A DNA stretch of 64,000 bases, taken from assembly GCA_963578825.1 (NCBI GenBank), contig CAUZDW010000008.1, positions 24,640-88,639 of the forward strand. The letters are read 5' to 3'. Made by a program: the position numbers and the translations under genes. Source of the stretch: Vicinamibacteria bacterium. Lineage in GTDB: Bacteria; Acidobacteriota; Vicinamibacteria; Fen-336. The notes beneath the pieces were generated by a model. The model was not told the origin of the DNA. It did no database searches and saw only the letters and a list, made by a program, of their open reading frames with translations. Numbering within the stretch: the first letter of the stretch is position 1; each line of letters opens with the position of its first letter. Below are positions 57,740 through 64,000 of this stretch, piece by piece.

Positions 57740-58408
57740 ATGCCCATTTTCGCTCTCGTCCTCGTGCTGGTTCAGGCCTCGGACGCCCCGCCGCCGGCCC
57801 CGGCGGCCCCAGTGCTCTCGGGGCCCACGGTGGCGCTCGACCTGTCTCAGGCGGGGCAGAGCCTCGGGACCATCACGATCGTGCTCCGGCCGGAGGAGGC
57901 GCCCTTGTCCGTCGCCAACTTCCTCCAGTACCTGCGCGCCGGCCACTACGACGGGACGATCTTCCACCGGGTCATGTCGGACTTCATGATCCAGGGGGGC
58001 GGTTTCACCCCGGAGATGGAAGAGAAGCCCACGAGAGACTCGATCCGGAACGAGGCCCGAAACGGCCTTCGGAATTCCCGAGGGACTGTCTCCATGGCCC
58101 GGACGGACGCGGCCAACAGCGCCACCGCCCAGTTCTTCATCAACGTCCGCAACAACCACAGCCTCGACTTCGGAATCCGGGGAGCCGGCTACGCCGTCTT
58201 CGGCCAGGTGATCGACGGGATGGACGTGGTGGATCTCGTCGTGCAGGCATCCACGACCCGCCGGGGGGAGCACAATGACACGCCCACGCGGGCGGTGATC
58301 ATCCAGAAGGCGTACGAGGTAGAGCCCGTGGCGGCGCCGTCGGCTCTCGCTCCCGAGGCCGAGGCAGGGGATGGCGGGCCACCCGTGGCCCCTCCGGAGG
58401 GGCGCTAG
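57740..58408 (+). CDS. Cyclophilin-type peptidyl-prolyl cis-trans isomerase, secreted
   Basis: Signal MPIFALVLVLVQASDA; FHRVMSDFMIQGGGF...SMARTDAANSATAQFFIN. Confidence 0.85.
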   Translation: MPIFALVLVLVQASDAPPPAPAAPVLSGPTVALDLSQAGQSLGTITIVLRPEEAPLSVANFLQYLRAGHYDGTIFHRVMSDFMIQGGGFTPEMEEKPTRDSIRNEARNGLRNSRGTVSMARTDAANSATAQFFINVRNNHSLDFGIRGAGYAVFGQVIDGMDVVDLVVQASTTRRGEHNDTPTRAVIIQKAYEVEPVAAPSALAPEAEAGDGGPPVAPPEGR

Positions 58409-58409
58409 C

Positions 58410-59840
58410 TCAGTCCTCGGGGCTGCTCTCAGGCTCGGGCTCTTGCAGGGGGACGGCGCGGAGGGCATCGAGGGCATCGAGGAGCTCTCGGGCCTTCGTG
58501 GAATCGAGCACCAGCACGGAGTCGTCGGCGCTGCGCCGGGCGTAGTGGGTGCCGTCCCTCTCACCCAGCTCGATCCAGGACTCGCCCTTCGCCCGGATCG
58601 TCACTCGGACACTCGGCGCGTCGAGCCCGTAGGACTCGAGATCCGACGGCTCGTCCCGAAACTCGAGGACCTCGACCCCGCTGATCTTGAACAGTGCATC
58701 CTCGACCGTGGTCGTCTCGAGCTCCGCCTCCTCCGGTGAGGTTCGCCTCCACTGGGTCTCGTCGAAGCCGTCTTCACCTTCGGTCGTGGCCTTCTGGTAG
58801 GTCTCCGCCCCTCCCTCCGAGACCACATCGAAGCCTTCGGTGTCGTAGGTCGCCACCTCGAGGAGCTTCTTCGCCCGAAGCGCATCCATGCCTTTCTCGA
58901 GGTCGGTGACGATGGCCCCGGGTACGATGGCCACGAGAGAGGATCCCTTCTCGCGGACGTGGAACTTGCCGTCGTCTTTGTCGCCGGCGGGGCTGCCGAT
59001 CTCCAGCGTGCGCGCCGTGCCGTCGGCGAGGACGAGGCGGACGGAGCGACCGGGGCGATCGAGGCCGAACGGGGTCAGGTCCCCGGCCTCCTCCTCGGCC
59101 ACCGCCTCCATCTCCAGGTTCTCGAGAGTGCCCAGGAGACCGTCGACCGACCAGCGCCCGGCCCGGGTCGCCAGTGGCTCGGTAAAGGCCCAGTCCCCGG
59201 CGTCGGTCCGTGCCAGGGCGTAGTCGCCTTCCGGGCCCCGGACCTCGAGAGTCCGTACGTCGTCGCGCTTCGCGTGGAGGAGATCCCGGTCTCGAAGGTC
59301 GAACGGCTCCTTCTCGAACGAGCTCTCCACGAACGCCTCCACGGTGTAGACACGGGGCGACGTGGGCGTTCGAGCGTAGACAGCCGAGCCGCCGGGTGCG
59401 GCGGCGCCGAACTCGACGACCATCGGCTCCCCGGCACCTTCGAGCGTGACGCTCACGGATCGACTGGGTGAGTCGAGCCCGTACTGGGCGACGTCATCGG
59501 CCTCCTCGACGACGACCTCTTCGGCCTCGAGCTTCTCGAGACGGGTGAGGATCGACTCGACGGCCGATTGGTCGGCGGGGGCCTCGAAGGGACTCGTCAC
59601 ACGCCACGCGCCCTCCACCTTCGACAGGCGGATCGTCGGAGCGTCGCTGGATGCGATGGAGATGGCCGTGGCCTGGTCCGGCTCGACGGAGAGGATCGTT
59701 TCCTTCGGGTCGTCGGAGGCGATCTCCTGACCCCACTCGAAATGCCAGATGTACAGACCCAGACCGACGAGGACGAGGAACGCGAGACCGGTCTTCCAGA
59801 ATTGCTTCACTGGTCTACCGCCTGCGCCACCAGGTGACAA
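58410..59840 (-). CDS. DUF4340-like protein (GldG-associated), N-terminal TM anchor
   Basis: TM helix LAFLVLVGLGLYIW, then repeated beta-rich about 100-aa modules. It sits immediately downstream of, and overlaps, the GldG-like gene, the usual position of DUF4340. Confidence 0.55.
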   Translation of the reverse strand: MSPGGAGGRPVKQFWKTGLAFLVLVGLGLYIWHFEWGQEIASDDPKETILSVEPDQATAISIASSDAPTIRLSKVEGAWRVTSPFEAPADQSAVESILTRLEKLEAEEVVVEEADDVAQYGLDSPSRSVSVTLEGAGEPMVVEFGAAAPGGSAVYARTPTSPRVYTVEAFVESSFEKEPFDLRDRDLLHAKRDDVRTLEVRGPEGDYALARTDAGDWAFTEPLATRAGRWSVDGLLGTLENLEMEAVAEEEAGDLTPFGLDRPGRSVRLVLADGTARTLEIGSPAGDKDDGKFHVREKGSSLVAIVPGAIVTDLEKGMDALRAKKLLEVATYDTEGFDVVSEGGAETYQKATTEGEDGFDETQWRRTSPEEAELETTTVEDALFKISGVEVLEFRDEPSDLESYGLDAPSVRVTIRAKGESWIELGERDGTHYARRSADDSVLVLDSTKARELLDALDALRAVPLQEPEPESSPED

Positions 59841-61425
59841 TGCCCGCGACGACGAAAAAAAACGGAACGATCACAAGCGCCACCCAGGCCACGTTCTGCT
59901 GAGCGGTGCGGCTCAGGAAGAGACTCTGGTTCTTCGGCTCCTTCGGGCGGATCGAGATGAGATCGGCGTCCTCGGCCAGCCACGCCACGAGGTTCAGGAA
60001 GAAGTCCTGGTTGCCCTGGAAACCGAGGAAGCTGTTGCTGGCGAAGTCGGTGTCCCCGACCGCCACCACCCGGCCCTCGGAAGCCTTCGGCTCCTCTTCC
60101 GCCGCGTTGTCCTCGCCCCCGCCTTCTCCTTCGGCGGGAGAGGGTGAGGGCTCGGGCTCGGGAGTCTCGCTCTTGATGGTCGCCACGGCGACAAGGGAGA
60201 TCGGGCCGAGGCGGTCGGTCTCCTCCTCGTACTCGAGAGCGCCCTCGAGCGTGAGCGTCGTCTCCGCCCAGGACTCGACCGAGGTCCGCCCGATGTCCTG
60301 GGCTGTGACGCCATCGATGGTGCCCTTGCCCGCCTGCATGCTGCGCGCGCCGGCGAAGACGGTCATGAGGCGGAAGTCCTTGGTGATCGCGTGGTACGGG
60401 TAGTCCATCACCAGGGGGGCGAGCTCGGAGGCACCGAAGATCTGGCCCATCCCGGAGATGTCCACGACGACGTCAGGGCCTGCCTCGAGGTTCCACTCCT
60501 CGAGAAGGGCCACGAGATTGGGGAAGGACTCCTTGAACTCGGGCTCCACCATGATCAGGGCCTTGCCCCCCGACCTGACGAACTCGCGGATCGGGGAGAT
60601 GGCCTCGGGCAGGAGGTCCTTCTCCGGCCCGGCCACCACCAGCACCGTGCACTGCTCGGGAACCACCTTCTCCCGCAGGAGGAAGACGCTCTCTACGTCG
60701 TAGAGGTTGGTCGTGAGCGCGGCCCTGGCCCCGGAGAAGCCCCGGTCGCCGCTGTTCTCCGACGACCGCTCACCCTGGCCTTCCACGAGACAGATGGTCT
60801 TCTTGCCCTCGCGAGTGACCGTGATGAGGGCATTCGTGATGTCCTGCTCGGAGTCGTTGTTGACACGCTCGCGCTGCTCGCCACTCTGGACGATCAGGAT
60901 GGGCCAGGGGCCCCTCACATCGAAGGCCTCGGCCCTGGCGGGACTCTTCACCGGATCGACGAAGTCGACCTCGAGCTTGTCGGAGAGGGACTGGTACTCC
61001 TTCAGCCGGTCCCGCCCGCGGAGCATCTCGCGCTCGCGCTGGAAGTACGTGATCGTGATCTTGTTCTCGAGCCCGGAGACGACCTTGCGGGTCTGGTCGG
61101 AGAGGCTGTAGCGCCGGTTCTCCGTGAGGTCGAAGCGCACCACGTGGCGGTTGAGCAGGTAGTTGGCGGCACCCAGTATGCCCAGGACGACCAGCGTCAG
61201 GACCAGGGTGTTGGTGCCGTGCTTCCACTGGCGCACACCCAGGCCCCGAGTGGCATCGTCCCACCGCAGGATCAGGTGCACCAGCACGAGAGCCACGCCG
61301 GCGATGAGCCACGGTTGGAGGCCTCCTGGCAGCGTCTTGCCCGACCGCGACCAGATCACCACCCCCACGGTGAGGGCGATGCCGGCGGGGGCAAGGACGT
61401 TGATCAGTCTCTTCAGGATGCTCAT
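59815..61425 (-). CDS. GldG-like ABC transporter auxiliary component (ABC_transp_aux)
   Basis: N- and C-terminal TM helices flanking a large periplasmic domain with …TITYFQREREMLRGRD… and …GRVVAVGDTDFASNSFLGFQGNQDFFLNLVAWL…; acidic low-complexity insert. Confidence 0.7.
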   Translation of the reverse strand: MSILKRLINVLAPAGIALTVGVVIWSRSGKTLPGGLQPWLIAGVALVLVHLILRWDDATRGLGVRQWKHGTNTLVLTLVVLGILGAANYLLNRHVVRFDLTENRRYSLSDQTRKVVSGLENKITITYFQREREMLRGRDRLKEYQSLSDKLEVDFVDPVKSPARAEAFDVRGPWPILIVQSGEQRERVNNDSEQDITNALITVTREGKKTICLVEGQGERSSENSGDRGFSGARAALTTNLYDVESVFLLREKVVPEQCTVLVVAGPEKDLLPEAISPIREFVRSGGKALIMVEPEFKESFPNLVALLEEWNLEAGPDVVVDISGMGQIFGASELAPLVMDYPYHAITKDFRLMTVFAGARSMQAGKGTIDGVTAQDIGRTSVESWAETTLTLEGALEYEEETDRLGPISLVAVATIKSETPEPEPSPSPAEGEGGGEDNAAEEEPKASEGRVVAVGDTDFASNSFLGFQGNQDFFLNLVAWLAEDADLISIRPKEPKNQSLFLSRTAQQNVAWVALVIVPFFFVVAGIVTWWRRR

Positions 61426-61429
61426 GGCC

Positions 61430-62227
61430 TCAGGCCCTCCACCGCTGGCTCTCCACCGACTGGTGGGCGAGGAAGAGGCCGAACACGATCACGCTCAGGT
61501 AGAAGACGACGTCCTTCAAGTCCACGACACCCTTCGCCAGGTCCTCGAGGTGAGAGGTGACACCGAGGTACGCCACGATCTTCATGACTGGCCCGGCGGT
61601 CGGGCTGTCGGCCCATCCCAGCGTCCACATGCCGAGGAAGAGGCAGAAGGACAGGATGCCGGCCACGATCTGGTTCCGCGTGAGGGTGGACACGAACGTC
61701 CCCATGGCGAGGAAGGCGCTACCGAGAAGGAAAAGACCCGCCGCTCCGGCGGCGACGGGCTTCCACTCGGGCGGATTGTCCGTGTACGTCCACATCAGTG
61801 CGACGTTCACCAACCCGGCGAGGATCATGAGCAGGTAGAGGCCGGCGGCGGCCAGGAACTTTCCCAGCACGACCTGCAGATCGCTGAGCGGCGAGGTGGC
61901 CAGGAGCTCGATCGTCCCCTGGCGCTTCTCCTCGGCGAACAGACGCATGGTGAGCATGGGGGCCATGAAGAGAGCCACCACGGCCATGTTCTGGAGTACC
62001 GGCTGGATGAGGTACTCGTTGAGCGAGAGGTTCGGACCTCCGCCCGGATACTGCATCTGCTGCTGAGCCATCCTCATCGACTGCTCGAGAAAGAAGGTGA
62101 ACCCGAAATAGAAGAAGATTCCGAACAGCATCGTCCAGACGAACAGGCCCACCCAGGCGATGGGACTGCCGAAGTAGTGGTGCCACTCCTTATGGATGAT
62201 GGCGCCGATGTTCCTGAAGGCGGTCAC
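61430..62227 (-). CDS. ABC-2 type permease (GldF-like)
   Basis: Six TM helices; …IHKEWHHYFGSPIAWVGLFVW…. It lies 5 nt after the ATPase gene. Confidence 0.7.
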   Translation of the reverse strand: MTAFRNIGAIIHKEWHHYFGSPIAWVGLFVWTMLFGIFFYFGFTFFLEQSMRMAQQQMQYPGGGPNLSLNEYLIQPVLQNMAVVALFMAPMLTMRLFAEEKRQGTIELLATSPLSDLQVVLGKFLAAAGLYLLMILAGLVNVALMWTYTDNPPEWKPVAAGAAGLFLLGSAFLAMGTFVSTLTRNQIVAGILSFCLFLGMWTLGWADSPTAGPVMKIVAYLGVTSHLEDLAKGVVDLKDVVFYLSVIVFGLFLAHQSVESQRWRA

Positions 62228-62245
62228 GGTTGTCTCCCCCTTCGC

Positions 62246-63205
62246 TCAGGCCGCGGGCGCCGTCTCGGCGCCCTGGTCGGTTGTCGTCAGTTCCAGGAAG
62301 ATGTCTTCGAGGCTCATGCCGACCTGCTCGAGGCCGAGGAGCCCGTGGCCAGCCGCCACGACGGCCGAGGCCAGCTCGGCCCGGACGTCGCGTCCGGCCT
62401 CGGCCTCGACGTCGACCACAAGCAGTTCGTTATGTCCACCCTTGAGGCGCGCGGCGAGAACGCCCGGCACCGCCCGCAGCGTGTCCAGGACAGGGATCTC
62501 CTCCCCTCGGATCTCGAGGCGCAGCGTGCCGGCGCCCGCGAGGCGGCGGGTCAGGTTCTCCGGCGTGTCCTCCGCCACGACGCGGCCCTTGTTGATGATC
62601 ACCACTCGCCCGCAGGTCATGGACACCTCGGGCAGAATGTGGGTCGAGAGGATGACGGTGTGCTCACCCCCGAGACTGCGGATGAGCTCCCGCGTCTCGA
62701 TGATCTGCTTGGGGTCGAGCCCGGCGGTGGGCTCGTCGAGGATCAGGACGTCGGGGTTGTGGAGAATGGCCTGGGCCAGGCCGACGCGCTGACGATAGCC
62801 CTTGGACAGCTTGCCGATAAGGGTCGTCCGAACGTCGCCCACGCGACACTTCTCGATGGCGTCGCCCACCTTCCCCTTGCGGTCCCCGGCCGAAACGCCC
62901 TTGATCTTCGCGCAAAAGTCCAGATAGTCGCGGACCGACATGTCCGGGTAGAGCGGAGGCGTCTCGGGCAGGTATCCCACCCGGCGGCGGACCTCCATGG
63001 GCTGCTCGTAGACGTCGTAGCCGCCCACCCGCGCCGTCCCTCCGGTCGGGGGCAGGTAGCAGGTGAGGATCCGCATGGTCGTGGTCTTCCCCGCTCCGTT
63101 GGGACCCAGGAAGCCCAGGATCTCCCCCTTGTTGACCCGGAACGAGACCCCATCCACCGCGGTGGCACGGCCGTACCTCTTGGTGAGGCTTTCAACCTCG
63201 ATCAT
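62246..63205 (-). CDS. ABC transporter ATP-binding protein (GldA-like)
   Basis: Walker A GPNGAGKTT, signature LSKGYRQRVGLAQAIL, Walker B VLILDEPTAGLD. Confidence 0.85.
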   Translation of the reverse strand: MIEVESLTKRYGRATAVDGVSFRVNKGEILGFLGPNGAGKTTTMRILTCYLPPTGGTARVGGYDVYEQPMEVRRRVGYLPETPPLYPDMSVRDYLDFCAKIKGVSAGDRKGKVGDAIEKCRVGDVRTTLIGKLSKGYRQRVGLAQAILHNPDVLILDEPTAGLDPKQIIETRELIRSLGGEHTVILSTHILPEVSMTCGRVVIINKGRVVAEDTPENLTRRLAGAGTLRLEIRGEEIPVLDTLRAVPGVLAARLKGGHNELLVVDVEAEAGRDVRAELASAVVAAGHGLLGLEQVGMSLEDIFLELTTTDQGAETAPAA

Positions 63206-63433
63206 CGTGCTCGCCTCTCACTGCTCATTTGTCTTCGGCCAGCCGCCCCCTCAGACGAAGCCGCCCGCTCCTCCTCGGAGCGAGGGACGCTCGTGTCTCT
63301 TCCGGGACTGGAGTAGCCGGGGCGCCCGGCCCGCCGTCGGGGAACACCCCCGCCGGTCGACGGCGCTTCAGCTGACCGACCAGTATCGTTAATATAGCGA
63401 CGATCTTTTCCATGTGTCAATATCAGCCACCCG

Positions 63434-64000
63434 ATGATGATGACCGCCTCGCCCAGAACCGCGCGCTGCGCCCGGCTCCGGCGCCTCGCCGACGACGTCC
63501 TCGGGGTCCCCGATCTGCCGGCCCTGCCGCGGCTGCTGACGGGAGATCTCCCTGCCGCACTCGGGGCCTCGAGCGCGACGCTCCTCCTGTGGGACCGCCG
63601 GCTCGAGAGCTTCGAGGGTGTCGCTCTCACCCGCGATGGCAGGCTCAGGACCTTCCAGCCCCGCCCGGCGGCTCGTCTCCGACGGCCACCTGTTGGAGAC
63701 CGCCGAGAACAAGGGCGAGGGGGCGCTCGTGCCTCTTCTGGCCCGAAGCGGGCTGGCAGGCACGCTCGTCCTGGGGCACGCGCCGCGGCGGCGGGGGCCC
63801 GTCTCCCCCGGCGAGGCGCGGATCGCCTCGCGGGCCGCCCTGGCCATCGAGAACAACGCGTATCAGAAGGAGCTGATCGCCTCCGAGCGCCTGGCGGCCC
63901 TCGGGACCATGGCGGGGATGCTGGCCCACGACTTTCGGGGTCCGATGACGGTGATCCGAGGCTACGCCGAGACGCTCCTGGCGCCAGGCCTCCCCCACGA
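63434..64000 (+). CDS. GAF-domain sensor histidine kinase, 3'-partial; apparent frameshift inside GAF
   Basis: From the ATG at 63434: MMMTASPRTARCARLRRLADDVLGVPDLPALPRLLTGDLPAALGASSATLLLWDRRLESFEGVALTRDGRLRTFQP (GAF N-terminal half). The +1 frame from about 63660 gives …LVPLLARSGLAGTLVLGH…GEARIASRAALAIENNAYQKELIASERLAALGTMAGMLAHDFRGPMTVIRGYAETLL (GAF C-terminal half plus HisKA H-box). It runs off the window end. Confidence 0.6.
   Translation, partial: MMMTASPRTARCARLRRLADDVLGVPDLPALPRLLTGDLPAALGASSATLLLWDRRLESFEGVALTRDGRLRTFQPRPAARLRRPPVGDRREQGRGGARASSGPKRAGRHARPGARAAAAGARLPRRGADRLAGRPGHREQRVSEGADRLRAPGGPRDHGGDAGPRLSGSDDGDPRLRRDAPGARPPPR

Noticed and set aside
1-64000. CRISPR arrays, IS/transposase, integrase and phage genes
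   Set aside because: None recognised: there are no spaced direct repeats, no DDE or tyrosine-recombinase motifs and no phage structural genes. The only short repeats are those reported above.

Overview
This is a high-GC (by eye about 70%) bacterial chromosomal segment, densely coded on both strands, with no rRNA, tRNA, CRISPR array or IS element that I could recognise. The repertoire (MglA-like GTPase, bacterial dynamin, alpha-2-macroglobulin with PBP1C, Hanks kinases, TPR proteins, GldG-type ABC system, many secreted hydrolases) points to a Gram-negative environmental bacterium, most likely Myxococcota/Acidobacteria/Gemmatimonadota-like; that lineage guess is an inference.

Genes in order:
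- A Ser/Thr kinase (minus strand, partial at the window start) sits divergent from an ECF sigma factor and a zinc-finger anti-sigma factor.
- A PLDc_N/zinc-ribbon membrane protein follows.
- znuA-znuC-znuB-bpt form a start/stop-overlapping operon preceded by an AT-rich palindrome (candidate Zur box), followed by a GNAT acetyltransferase and a DUF962 protein.
- An S9 peptidase is followed by a vapBC toxin-antitoxin pair with a palindromic operator.
- A 1853-aa thioester-containing alpha-2-macroglobulin is paired with pbpC, followed by a GT39 membrane glycosyltransferase, two tandem sulfatases and a 5'-truncated TolC-like gene.
- A sodium:solute symporter is interrupted by two in-frame TAG codons.
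- Next come a Gfo/Idh/MocA oxidoreductase, a D-aminoacylase, a dienelactone hydrolase, a lipoprotein ACE-like M2 peptidase co-directional with a bacterial dynamin-like GTPase, and a DUF481-like outer-membrane barrel.
- A probable osmoadaptation cluster follows: a Ca/Na antiporter, a glycosyltransferase, a mannosyl-3-phosphoglycerate phosphatase-like HAD phosphatase, a GpgS-like glycosyltransferase and an MscS-type TM-helix protein.
- Then a TPR/HEAT protein, a decayed ATP-grasp gene, a lactonase, purE, a YkgJ-like Fe-S protein, fabH, uspA, dinB, a decayed second Ser/Thr kinase, fadD-like, an amidohydrolase, a giant PIG-L deacetylase and an MglA-like GTPase with a roughly 200-aa Pro/Ala-rich tail.
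- The window ends with a PPIase, a GldA/F/G-like ABC system with DUF4340, and a GAF-histidine kinase (partial, apparently frameshifted).

The most striking pattern is that several regulatory and transport genes are broken by in-frame amber codons, frameshifts or truncation, while the very long genes (A2M, pbpC, PIG-L) are intact. All calls rest on reading the translations; no database search could be run.
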